This document shows positions 37,160 to 49,921 of a stretch of 64,000 bases of DNA, piece after piece. The stretch's first letter is position 1. The number at the start of each line of letters is the position of its first letter. Position numbers and translations under genes: made by a program. The DNA is from Lepidodermella squamata (taxonomy: Eukaryota; Animalia; Gastrotricha). Under the pieces are notes generated by a model that had not been told where the DNA came from, did no database searches, and saw only the letters and a list, made by a program, of their open reading frames with translations. The stretch spans positions 620,001 through 684,000 of the forward strand of contig JBLDXI010000015.1 in the NCBI GenBank assembly GCA_047495785.1, written 5' to 3'.

Positions 37160-37662
37160 CAGTAGAAGCTGTATAATCCGGACACCATCGGTCGCGGAAA
37201 ATTTGTCCGCATTATCGCGCTGTCCGCATTGGGCGATCACCTGTATTCCGAGGCGCCCCTTGAAACGGCCTCAGCGGACAGGATTAGGCCCCCTTTTACG
37301 CGCAGCTACTGTTTGCTTTTCTAATTAGCGCGCACTTTAATTAGATTTTAGTGGTTTTTACGCATAATTCGCAACTTGAGGCTAAGTAAGCGAAGATTTG
37401 TGACAATATCCAGAACCCACTCGGAGACATGGAGTTGGGGATGTTCGCGGTGTCCGCATTAAAGAGCCTGAAATACCCATATGGACAGTGCGACTGTAGC
37501 TAGAAACCTGGCCGCATTTGCCCGCGTCCGCATTAAGAGGCTGCCCGCCTTAACGAGCGCGATGGCCGCATGTTATAACGTAAACTCTGTCGGTCGCCCT
37601 AAAATCGTCCGGACTAGCCCGCTGTCCGCATTGCTGGGGTTCGGATTATACAGCTTCTACTG
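37160..37662. mobile_element. Tc1/mariner-superfamily (pogo/Tigger-like) MITE, 503 bp
   Basis: Perfect 21-bp TIR CAGTAGAAGCTGTATAATCCG; TA TSD at 37158-59 and 37663-64; empty site TTGTAGTTGAG upstream of gene B. Confidence 0.95.
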
Positions 37663-37674
37663 TAGTTGAGATCA

Positions 37675-39252
37675 ATGATAACATACGACAAGGTCTGCGG
37701 CGCAAGTTTGCTCATTTGCCTACTAACTAAGGCATGTAGAGCTCAAGATCTACAGTTGAGCGATGGAACAATTACGAGCACTGATGAAGAGTACATAGAG
37801 CGAATGAATCGCAATTTCCTTCGGCTGTGCCCTCTATCCAGGTCAAAATATCTGCCTTTGGACATTTTGGCTCTGAATCATTTCTCATCTCCAATGAATG
37901 TGACCATATCAGTCGACATGTACCGAATGCTCGAAATCAATGATATGGAGCAAAGGTATTTAATCATTATCTATTTTTAATAATAATTCCATTGGACGTT
38001 AGCCTTTCTGTATGGGCAGTCATAACCATGTCATGGTACTTTCCATGCGAGCCACTCGACTGCGTTGATTTGCTTGAGGATGATTCGATATGCGAAGCAT
38101 TGAAAGCAAACACAGCTGGGGTAGATTACTACAGAATGTCCCTCAGCTGGTCAGATCGGGACGTGTGGCTGCCTCAATTCGTACATATGAATGCGCCTGC
38201 AATTTCACGGCCTTTCGAGAGGTGAGCGTGATGTTGGACTTCCTGCCAGGAATTAGGATCCATTTTGCGGGCAAATATGTTTGACCCAAGGGCCCCCTGT
38301 GGTTTCTGTGGTTTTTTGGGGATTTACCACCTTGGTCTTGCGAACTGAGACTACGGTTTATCCTTCGCTCCCCACAACACTACGCCAAGCTTTCTGTTAT
38401 CATTCAAAGCAAACCCAGTCACTGAAGAACATTAGCCATCAATCATAGCAATTTGATTTTTGATTTTGAAGGCAATTTGCATTTTTTCCACACAGTGTTA
38501 CAAATGGAATTGTTTACGTCACACCCTCAACCAGTGCAGCGGCTATATTCGCAACGGGTCGCTACGATACAATCTGCGAAGAATTCCCATTCCAGCGATT
38601 TCCGTTCGATACTATCAAGTGTTCATTCATCTTCGACTCTGAAGTAGAAGCAGAGGTTGTCCAATACCAAATGGACCGTTTCGACCTCGACACGTCCGCC
38701 GAAAATTCGTTTCTCTCCAGCGCCGACGTTTGGGAATTAGTCGGCATTACTGCCCCAAAAAACGAGATGTCTCATCAAAATGGCGCTCATAATTGTACAA
38801 GAATGACGGCGACAATCGCATTCAAACGAAGACCGATCTATTTCGTGATTAACATCCTTTTCCCAGTCTTCGCGCTGTATTTCATGCAAGTAGCTGCTTT
38901 GATAATGCCGCCGGAATTCCCGGATCGATTTGGTTTCGGAATAACAGTCGTCCTGGCCTTTTCTGTCATTCTAACAATCGTTGATGACCAGATTCCGCGA
39001 ACCTCGGAGCCTGTTTACCTCGTCCACCTGGTTTTGATCAAATTTCTGACTGGTTTAGTGATCAATGTCTATGAGCTCGCGTCCTTAGCCGCGTCGGGCA
39101 GCGATGGGGAGGATAAGCCCGGCAAGTCTAATGTTAAAATAGGGCATTTCAAAGTATCGAAAGCCAGGATTGCTGATGCTGTCTTCGCCTTAGCCGTAAT
39201 CTTTTTCACTGTGATTGTAGATTGCACCTTCATTTTTCTTATGATCGACTGA
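37675..39252 (+). CDS. Orphan pLGIC subunit C (recent duplicate of B)
   Basis: Exons 37675-37955, 38003-38221, 38496-39252; upstream region homologous to 31470-31940. Confidence 0.88.
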
Positions 39253-39881
39253 TATTTCAAATTGTATAAAATGATTGATTTTTTCGAGATGTTAAAAATA
39301 TTTAATAAAAACGATACTAAATAAAAAACCGTATTAACATTGGGCCCATCAGACTACTTCTTAACTGCATGAGCAATTTGCCCTAATTCATCATTAACCT
39401 TATTTAAAAACTAGAACTATTCGCTTATTTATAGTTCGATCGATTAGTTAAACCGAGTTCCCAGCTACATTTAGACGGATCGAAAACTTTATGTCTGAAT
39501 AAAAAATTCACACTTCCCGGTGTTCATGTCATCAAAGGTTTGAGCATTTCTATCAGCGTGAGCTGCTAAAAAATGGTTAAGCTCAAACATTGGCGGAGCT
39601 TACGCGTTCAGTGAGAGAAACTTCGCGGCTGGTGTTGTACTTCTGCCTTTCCCTACACCGCGAAGGCCTGATCAATATTTTATGCTTTGATTTTCTTCGT
39701 TAAAGCGTGAAAACTATGACGGTCTATCCTTTTTTCCATGATATCACCACGTATTCATGTTATATATCGATATAGCTGAATCAATTTAGTTCAGTGTTAT
39801 TATCAAATCATGTAATATGGTTAAATCAGAACAACTTTCTTAGGGCTAAATCTTATATTAAAGATTGTTTCAACAACATCA

Positions 39882-41272
39882 ATGATGAGACCCACTAAGA
39901 TCTGCAAGAAAATTTACCTATTCTCATTTTTCTACTTCCTTACTCACGCAATCAGAGCCCAAGAAGGCCGCGAGATATCAAATCCAATGACAAGTTTGGA
40001 TAAAGAATACTCCGAGCGAATGAAGGCTAATTTCCTTCGCCTGTGCCCTCAAGCAAAATCGAAATCTCTACCGTTGGATGCTCTGATTAAAAGCCGATTC
40101 ACAGAACCGATGAATGTAACAATATCAATCGACTTGTACCGAATGCTGGAGATCAACGATTTGCAGCAAAGGTATCAATTGATCGTCTGAAGTTTTTGTT
40201 GATATTTCAAGGTGTCATTAGTCTCTCGGTTTGGGCTGTAATTTCTATGGAATGGGAATTTCCTTGCAAGCCCCTATCCTGTGTTGATTTGCTGGAAGAC
40301 GAATCGATTTGCGAAGCGCAGACTAACTTCACTTCTCTTTTGTATTCTATCATCATGCAGATTGGCATCCCAGGTCAAGAAATGTGGCTACCGCAATTCC
40401 TGCATATGAATGCTCTTGAAACTTCGCGGCCCTTTGAAAAGTAAGCAGTGATTTTTGTCATCTGGACTGAGATTAAGGCTGATACCTGGGCATTTTGTGA
40501 ATTGTCTGTTCACAGAGTGACCAATGGGATCGTTTACGTTGCACCATCCGCAAGTGCTGCATCTTTGTTCGCAACGGGGCGATACGATACAATTTGCGAC
40601 GAATTTCCCTTCGGAAAATTTCCCTTCGACGTTATTCGATGCTCATTTGTCCTCGATTCGGAAGAAGTAAATGAAGTCGCCAACTACCAGTTGGCCCGTT
40701 TTGACCTCGACGCGTCCGCTGAAAATTCGTTCCTGTCAAGCGCCGATGTTTGGGACTTGGTCAGCATTTCAGAACCGAAAACCGAGATATCCCCTCAAAA
40801 CGGCGATTACAACCTCACAAGAATGACAGGGACTATTACTTTCAAGCGGCGACCAATTTACTTCATCGTCAACATATTCATCCCCGTTTTTGCGGTGTAT
40901 TCCATACAAATCGCAGCCCTTATCATGCCACCCGATGTCCCTGACCGGTCTGCTTTCGGAATAACAGTTGTCTTGGCCTTTTCCGTGATTTTGTCAATCG
41001 TGGTCGGCCAGATCCCGAGAACCTCAGAACCTGTTTACCTGGTCCATCTAGTCGTCTTCAAATTCGCCGCTGGACTAGTGATAAATGTTTATGAACTTGC
41101 GTCTCTAGCTGCTTTGAGTGGCTCGGATAATTCAAGATTCAGGGAATCTCGTGTCAAACTGGGACCTATCAAGCTATCTCTAGCCCGAATTGCAGATTCA
41201 ATTTTCGCTTTTGTAGTTATTCTTGCAACTATTGCTGCTGATTGCACAATTGTATCAATGATGGTGAACTAA
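39882..41272 (+). CDS. Orphan pLGIC subunit D
   Basis: Exons 39882-40171, 40222-40440, 40516-41272. Confidence 0.9.
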
Positions 41273-41858
41273 CACCAGTGATGTTAAGGTTTTGGGATAA
41301 TTTGATCTTCATTTAGAATTAATTTCTTGAATCACAACCTTTTCTTTCATAAGAATAAAACCGAGGTTCTGATGTTCCGATACAAAACGAGGTTCCCGGC
41401 TGTGCTTTCCGAGTAACTGGCAAGAAATTGTAGTTTTAAAAAGATAAGGCATTTCGTAAACGCACATTGCTTGCTTGCCCTTAGCCGTCGTGAAAGCTTT
41501 TCTACATAGGTACCGCCATAAAAAAAAACAAGGCAAAACACGTGACAGTGTGGGCTGTGAAGGGTTAGTGTTGACTGCAATTCACCCATTTTTAAAAATA
41601 GCTCACAAATGCGCTTAAACCATTCTTCTCTAAATCCACGATATCTAGTTAGCACTGATATGTTCACATCTCACATCTAAAGCGCCGTAATCTACAGGTA
41701 AATTGCAACACCCCGTGCAGTGCAATTGCCGTCTCAACGTGGGTGGTAAAACAACGGCGTAGTTATCTGCGTGCGCGAGAAATTCAACAGCTGATCCACC
41801 ATTAAAAAATCTGTTTACGGCCGTCATTATCTGCCTGCTTTGTGAACAGTTTGAAGTC

Positions 41859-44394
41859 ATGTTTCTGACCCTACCTTCGTTGCTCGGTAAGTAATTCGCT
41901 GAGCGTCAACATATCGCCAATGATTTGTCGTATCACCAATCAGTTATCGTGTCTGTTGGGCCAATCCGCGCATGCGCTCCTGCTCAACAGTCTCAAAAAC
42001 CCTCGGTAAGTATGGAGGAAATTACGGCGAAATGTGTTTAGCGAATGTTCCTGCTAGGCTCAGTCTGTTTTCTGCCTCAACGGCGGAACCTACAGCTCTG
42101 ACTCTGGAGCTTGCGTGTGCCGTAGTGGTTACTCGGGAGCAACGTGCAATAAGTGTAACAACAAATCATAACAGCAAAGGCTGTCCATCTATTTATGTTT
42201 GAACTTAGTTTCCTGCTCGAATTGTAACACTCGACAGACGTGCGTTGGAGCTAACGTATGCAGCTGTTCAAGTGCTTGGACAGGAACTAATTGCGACGTT
42301 TGTAAGCGAAATATCCAAGTGTAAAGTGATTAACACCGGAGAGGTTAACATTTATATAGCGCTATGCAAAGTGGCGTGCCTGAACGGGGGGACTTGTTCT
42401 GGTCCTAACACTTGCGACTGCGCTGCTGGTTGGTTTGGAACCGATTGCAGTATATGTAAGTTTAGAGCGATGAAACTAGAATGTTCTTCCAAGGCTTGGT
42501 ATCATTCTTCTTTTGTTTCTGCTCTCCTCCCCCCTGCTTTTGTTAGTTAGTCATTAAATGAGACGATACCCGTTGTTATTTCAGCTGGATGTTCGGCAGA
42601 TTATTGCCAAAATGGCGGAACTTGTATTGGCAAAAATACTTGCAAATGCACAGCCGCCTACTCTGGATCAGCTTGCAGTAAGTTGAGGAACATACCTCTC
42701 CTATTATTTCCATTTTTTTATTTTCAGCCCAACGTGAGTTAAAAGTGACTGAGCTTCCGAATCCTGAATTTCGCGCTTGAACTTGCTCACAGCTCAGCAG
42801 CCAGCATACGACGATCCACGCTGGATCGCCTTCAAAAGCCAGTATCCTGACCCAGATATCGACACTGAGGAGGAAGATGAAGAGGGTGAGGCTGAGGTGC
42901 TGAAAGACATAGCTGAAGTCGACAAGCTATCGGCAGACCCAGTCAATAGTAATGTAAAATTTGGACTAAATCAATACAGTGCGAAAACAGATGCCTGGCG
43001 CAAGGAAAATCTATTAGGCGGTAAGCTCGCAGAACTAAAAGATAAGCCTAGCGGACGCCGAAGACGCAAAAGAGAGCTGGAATTAGTCGACTTACCTGGA
43101 ACATGCGAAGACTTATGTACGTACTGCGTTGTTGAACGAGAAGATGGTAAAGATATATCTGGTCGAAAAAGATGCCTCGTAACCGGTGGAGCAGCTGATA
43201 CTTTGCCACAGTGGCGAGAGCTGTATTCAACGCGTTCGTTGAACTCCAACCCTTCAGTTGACAAAAATTACAATAACGTGGACATGAAGCCTCCCCTTTC
43301 AAAAGACGATAAGGAGCCGATGGCTGGAGCTGTCATCGATTGGCGTGTCAAAGGTAATGCACCTGTTTTTTGAATATTTTAGCATGATTTTTCACTTTGA
43401 TTTCACACTTATGGGTCATGGGGCCTTTTGAAATGAACAAGCTTTACAAGTAAGTATTGATCAAACTTTGGCCATTCGAAGTTGCAGCTCGCCTCGCTTC
43501 AATTAGTTCTTCAATTAGACTAAAACTGCAAAAACATGTTGTTGCAAACTTGCGTCTAGTTTAGATCGCCCACTCTTGTTCAATGGGGATGTAGGCAAAA
43601 TAATAGCGTATTTATTTCAAGAGGTCCTTTTAGTGAGAGAAGAGTGCCTTTTTCTCATAATAAGTTGCTAATAAAATGATTGAACTATTACGAACATACA
43701 AATTTCAGGCTACATGACCCCAGTGAAAAATCAATTAAAATGCGGCTCTTGTTACACGTTCGCATCGACTGCCGTCCTCGAAGCTCGCTGGGCGATCGTA
43801 AACAATGCTATTCCGGTTCTAATGTCTGAGCAACAAATCATTGACTGTTCGAAAACGACGAGTAGTGATAATAATAACAACGGCTGCAATGGCGGTTATG
43901 ATAGCGCAACTTTCGCGTATTTTACGAAGTTGAAATTCTATTCAAAGGCCGATGACTACAAATATACGGCTAGCGACAAAGCGCAGTGTTCCTATGATGC
44001 TTCAAAAGGTGTTGCCATGAATGTAAATGGATATCTACAACTACGTGGAGCCGCAACGCCGCGGGCGTATCAACAAATCCCTCAGAATCAAATGGTGCCA
44101 AAAATGATGGACGCTCTGCTATACGGTCCGATATATGTGACCCTGTTGGTCGCAGAACCATTTTTCCTGTACAAAGACGGCGTTCTCGACAATCCTAACT
44201 GCGGCACTGATGAGCTTCATGCCGTTGTCATAGTTGGCTACGGGAACGATCCGACATCGAAGTTGGACTACTGGATAGTTCGAAATTCTTGGGGCGATTC
44301 TTGGGGCATCAAAGGCTACTTCAAGATAAGAAGGGGCGTCAATAGATGCGGTATCGAGGTTAACCTGGGAATTCCGTATTTCAAGCTGTCATAA
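41859..44394 (+). CDS. Secreted papain-family (C1A, cathepsin L-like) protease with four N-terminal EGF repeats
   Basis: Signal exons; four EGF exons (CLNGGT, CQNGGTC..C.C...Y/W.G..C); 6-nt microexon 42728-42733; I29-like prodomain (WIAFKSQY..FGLNQYS); RRRRKR; DWR..PVKNQLKCGSCYTF; ELHAVVIVGYG; YWIVRNSWG. Confidence 0.88.
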
Positions 44395-44676
44395 ACCGAT
44401 TACACTAATAACTTTGATTTTGATTGGACTTGTAAACTGTTACCATACTGATTTGACACAGGCTTGCTTAACAGTGAAATAAATGCTTGTGCGAAATCCT
44501 ATACGAACAAAGGGGTCCACTGCGAAGAGCAACGTACCGCTGGGGACGGCCTTGATCAACCTTGGCTCACTATGATCCAATGTGAGCGCGATTGCACGCC
44601 GTTCAAAAATTAATTCACATATGCAGTACTTGCGCAAGCAATTAACGTAAGGCTGGTGTGGAATTGCATAAGTACG

Positions 44677-44860
44677 TATCGTAAGCGTCGTTGAATAACT
44701 CGGATTTTGGCTTGTTTACGTCACTTTCAAGGTTACAGGTGACAAGTGAAAAGCGGTGTTTTTACGTGAATTAAGAGGTAAAACAAAAGACTTTCCACTT
44801 GCCACCTTGAAAGTGACGTAAACAAGCCTAAATCCGAGTTATTCAACGACGCTAACGATA
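44677..44860. mobile_element. Foldback MITE with arms of about 57 bp
   Basis: TATCGTAAGCGTCGTTGAATAACTCGGATTTTGGCTTGTTTACGTCACTTTCAAGGT and its near-exact reverse complement. Confidence 0.8.
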
Positions 44861-44879
44861 TCGTATTGGTATAGAAAAT

Positions 44880-45454
44880 CAATAGTTAACCGAGCCACAT
44901 CAGGAAGTCAATGCAGACCCTTATCCTGACAAACAATTGCAAAATGCATGCAAAGGTAAGCAGGTAGTTTCATAGCCAACTTCTCGAATCGAAATGGCGA
45001 GTTTCGCAGTGAAAATTCTACACTTAGCTACATTTCGAGTTCAATTTCTTCCGGCGCCTCACAAGCGGTTGAACCCGCCGCTGCTTCAGAAGAGGCTTCC
45101 ACGAGGAGCGATTACTCCAGGCTTATAAAACAGGCTTTCCAGGCTGCCCGGAAGCACTATCCAAAACCTTGCCGTAGGAGGCTTTGATCTCTATCCCTTG
45201 TTGTTGCCCAGATTCCGCGAACATCAGAGCCTGTGTACCTGGTATATTCGGTTGTTTTCCAATTTGCAACTGGAGTGGCTATCAACATTTACGAGCTAGT
45301 TTCATTGGCCATGTATAAAGAATGGAAGGCAAACTTGAAGAGTGGATGGGCAGGTTCAACATTTTTAGTTGATTGACAATTGTTTTGCGGCTGTTGTGAT
45401 CCTCATTACTTTAGTCTGTGACGCCGCTTCCATGTGCTTAATGATGTCTTCATA
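44880..45454 (+). pseudogene. Internally deleted pLGIC relic, paralog of gene E
   Basis: 5' part homologous to about 47370-47710, joined directly to VVAQIPRTSEPVYL...CLMMSS* (homologous to 48600-48868), with frameshifts. Confidence 0.85.
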
Positions 45455-45643
45455 GGTTTTTTAGAGGGCACAGGTGTGAAATCTGTCACTGCTGTGTTGG
45501 TGTGTATCGATTGCCTAGAGCCTAGCTGTTCGGGACCTCGATACGAGTGGAGAAAATGCGGACAGCATAGCTGACATCCACTCCAAATTATGTTTTTTTC
45601 CGAATTTATTTAAAATAACAAGATATATTCGCAAATGAACGCA

Positions 45644-46015
45644 TCAGAGATCAGAGAGTTTCAATGCGTTTTTGAATGAATCAGTTTCAATAACGTTGTG
45701 CATGTTTGCTGTGAACGCAAAATCGCATATGAAATCGCAAATCATAGAAACAAAAGGGGAAATCCTGTTACTTAATGAGACCCAGTGGCATTTCAGTAAT
45801 AAAAGCACTTTACTGGCCGCTCTCTTTGATTCCGGGGCAACCACGGCCATCGAATACAGGTATAATTCTGATAAGAGCCTGCCGTAACGGATGCGGTCGG
45901 TAACGGATGCGATCGCCACTTGTAACTGATAATTAGCGATTCGATAACACGAATTCGACGGCTTTCTTTTAGTTTGGTTGGGCGGCGGGCTTTCAAGTGT
46001 GCGGCGAGATGACAT
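45644..46015 (-). mobile_element. Possible hAT-type transposase relic
   Basis: Only ICDFAFTANMHNVIETDSFKNAL resembles the hAT helical segment that follows the BED finger; weak. Confidence 0.25.
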
Positions 46016-46951
46016 GCAAGATACCTATGGTCGGTGAGCGGTGAATAATCACGACATGTTTCAAATCAAGGATAAATCATTAACGCCCTTGAACAACTGG
46101 GATGACTAATACCATAAGTTTGGTATCGTTAGATTTGTCTCAAAAAGGTGAATTAAAAGAATTGCCTTCTTTGCTTCACCTGTGAGCTTTTCCTTGACGA
46201 CGTGATGCCTGAAACTCTGGTGTTTAGGGTACCATTTTGACAATTATTTTGACAGGTACAAGTTTGATAAATTGTTTTCTAACTAATAGCCTAACTGCGG
46301 TTGGCTTTCTACAATTCTGGGAAAATATCTAAAAAATCCCTTCTCCTGTAGAATGAGATTATTGATTTTGTTTTCCCGAATTCGATTCCACTATTGACTC
46401 TTGATTGCTGATTTTTTGAATAAAACTGTCTAAAACCCTGAAATTGCTCCTTGCCCCACTAGATCTCTTCACCTGGGCGGTTTTAGATAGAATGTTATAT
46501 ACCAAAATGATGCTGGCGTTTATTTGATGAGGTAAGAGTAGTAAATTTTTAGCCAGATTCAATTAAGAGCCAGTTCCAGCCAAATTACCTGCAAAGTAGC
46601 GATTTCGGAGGTACAATGTGGAAAACTCGTCAGAACTATTTATTCATAACGATCCCAATCATTTTTTCCTTATTTTTTGACGTAATTTTTCTTAATATAT
46701 TTCTTGGATGTCTTGGATGCCTGCTCGGCCAACATGACCGACTTCGCACTCGTTTGCGAGAATGAGACGCAAGTCGACGAGTATCACAACGGATATTGTG
46801 AGGCAGGTAGCGATGAACTACGCAGCAATTTATCTCGACGATTGATGAATTTACTCTCCATCTCTCCTTCTTTCTTTTCGCGTCCTGTGATTTCGCGTTA
46901 TTGTTTGTTTCAAGGATTAATCAGTGGAATAAACAGCATGCATGGAAATGC

Positions 46952-47037
46952 CTTGCGCGGAAGTAACATGCGCGGAAAACTTTTGTGCGGATGTTTACCG
47001 TGCGGATCTTTTGCTTTGCGGAGGTACCAATACACCT
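46952..47037. repeat. About 15-bp periodic GCGGA array ending TACACC, like a transposon end
   Basis: Five GCGGA cores at about 15-16-bp spacing. Confidence 0.45.
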
Positions 47038-47497
47038 AGATGGCGTAGTGCACTGATAACTGATACACTGAAAAGATGTAAAAAGTTAGCCTTACGCCAT
47101 TCGTTTCTATTCTAAGCAAGTCGTTCTCTCGCTTACCCCGCGATGTAGGGGTTTGTCCTGCATGGATCAAAACGACACATCAGATGCAGATTGCCTTGTT
47201 CCCATATCCACTATTTTAATTTAAATAATTTTTTATTATGCGTGTTCTATCGATTGTGAGCTTGATTTCACGCCAGTGACGCTGTTTACTTCCAGTCGGC
47301 TTGGAATCACCACTAAAGCTTTTATCCAATTAAAACATCCCGACTAGTAAATTTCATATTGTCAGCAAAATCAATTATTCACCAAGCCACAGGAAATCAA
47401 TATAGACCCTTATCCTGAAAAACAATGACGAATTGCGTCGCTGCAGCGCAGGTTGTTGTATAGCCATTGCTTACTTGTAAACCTTTTTAGAATTGCA

Positions 47498-48868
47498 ATG
47501 ATCGATTTCGCAATCGAAATTCTAATTTTTAGCTCGATTCTGCGAGCGTATTATTGTAACACCCTCCAGGCTACCTCACGGGCGTTACAGCCCACTTCTG
47601 ATCTAGAGGGAACAACGTGGAGAAATCACTCGGCAAGAATCAAACAGGCCTTCCTGGAAAACTGCCCCGAAGCACTATCCGATGCACTTCCATTAGACGC
47701 TTTGATCGCAATGAACTTCACGGCTCCTATTGATGTCACTGTAAACCTGAATTTCTATCGCCTCGTAGGCATAGATGATATGCAGCAAAGGTTGGTTTTT
47801 TAACAATCTGAATATTTGAATATCTATATATATTGTTTGAAGCCTTTCGGTTTGGGCCATCGTGATTATGTCTTGGGCTTATCCATGCAGCGAATTAAAC
47901 TGTATGGATGTCCTCAGAAGCGAATCAATTTGTTCAAGGGCGAACGCGATGCTATCTGGGCCGGATTATGAATTCGTCATGGCCTTGACACTCCCAGCAA
48001 GCGAAGTGTGGACGCCTTCTTTCAATCACATGAACGCCGCTGAAACAACCCGGCCTTTTCAAAAGTCAGAAAAAACAAGGGTGAATCCATGGCTTGCTAA
48101 TGATCTTTGTTTTTCAGGCTCACTAATGGACTGGTTTATGTATCCTTCTTACACAACTACGCGTCGTTATATGCGACAGGACAGTATGATACGATTTGTG
48201 ATGAATTCTCATTTCGCAAATTCCCGTTCGATAAAATCAAATGTTCGTACATATTCGACTCAGAAGAAGTGGCCGCATTGGTCAATTACACCCTGAAGGG
48301 ATTCTCTATCGACGAGTCATCGAAAGATTCGTTTCTATCAGAATCAGATGTTTGGGACTTGATAAAGCTCGATGAGCCTAGGACTGAAATATCGATCCAA
48401 GCTGGTGATTTGAAGCTAACGAGAATGACAGCAACCATTTCATTCAAACGTAGAGCTAGTTACTTTGTGATAAACATAATTTTCCCGGTCTTTGCGTTGT
48501 ACTTGATGCAATTGGCTGCGTTGTTCATGCCACCCGAACATCCTGACCGGTCTGGTTTTGGGATGACTGTCGTTCTAGCTTTTTCTGTCATTCTATCTAT
48601 TGTCGTTGCCCAGATTCCGCGAACATCGGAACCTGTGTATCTCGTCTACTTGGTCGTATTCAAGTTCGCGACTGGTTTGGTTATCAACATCTACGAACTG
48701 GTCTCACTGGCAATGTATGAAGAATGGAAGGTCAACTCGAAGAGTGTTAGGTTTGGCAGGTTCAAAATTTCACGGCCTAGATTTGTCGATATTTGTTTCG
48801 CTGCAGTAGTAATAATCATTACTTTCGTTTGTGACGCTGTGTTCATGTGCCTTATGATGTCATCTTAG
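47498..48868 (+). CDS. Orphan pLGIC subunit E
   Basis: Exons 47498-47790, 47843-48064, 48118-48868. Confidence 0.9.
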
Positions 48869-49921
48869 ACGATTGCTCTAAAATAAAAGAGAATGCTCAC
48901 CTATGAGTATATTGCCGTTAACACTCTAACTACCAAAAATAGGCTGCGAGATCAATATTTAGATTCAAATCCTGGGTCTGTCAAAGTTTCTACGATTTTA
49001 CGATTTCCAACGATGCGTCGTAAGGCAAAACGCCTAACGGAAAAATATCGAGAATCATAATTTTCGATTGTTAGACGGAGAAGCTGCCACTCTTCCCAAT
49101 CTCTGGCTGTAATTCATCATTCATCACACTACAGCAGAGATCGATATTGCCTAATCGGGTAAAATACCCCAAATATGCTTTTACTTTGTACTTTGTACTG
49201 GAAGACAAAAATCGCCGAAATTACAGGGTGAAGTAATATGCTTGCCATACGATTTTAGGCTGGTTACCGGGGAGTGACCAGAAGCTGATGAAAAGGTGAG
49301 CAAATTAGCTTGGGGAAATCCTCTTCTTTTTCTAGGAGATTGAATAGTTGACTTGGAACAGAGAACGATGTCATCCTTGCAACCTGGGAAGGAAATTTTC
49401 CGACTTGCACATCCTATATACAAAATCCATCATAAAATCATCTTACCATTATCTTGATAAATAATTAACTCTTTGATTTGCTGGCGGATTTCAACATTTT
49501 CAGGATGTTTGGTTGCAGTCTGCTGTCATTTGGAAAATCTTGGAAAATCCTGAATTGTTAACAACGCGACTCGAATGTTGTCCTCATTGTCAGTTAATTT
49601 CTCTCTCATTTCGCATTTGATTTTGAATCGGCAGGCTTTACGACCTTGTAAAAGGGCTCTATTTTATTCGATATGGGTTGGGCATTTCAAAAATATTGGT
49701 CAGAGTTTCGGATCGCTTAGAGCTTGGAGATAGGTAATGCAATGGGAGCTTCGATCTCATATCAGAAATCATTCAACTCAAATTTCCCAAGAAACGAGGA
49801 TGTGCCACACTTTTATCAACTAGTCAACGCTAAACGCTAAAATGAGGCTCAAAGAAGTAGCTTGAGTTAAGTTCATTATATTTGATTTTTAACGGTATTA
49901 GAGTATTTTCAATTGACTGAT

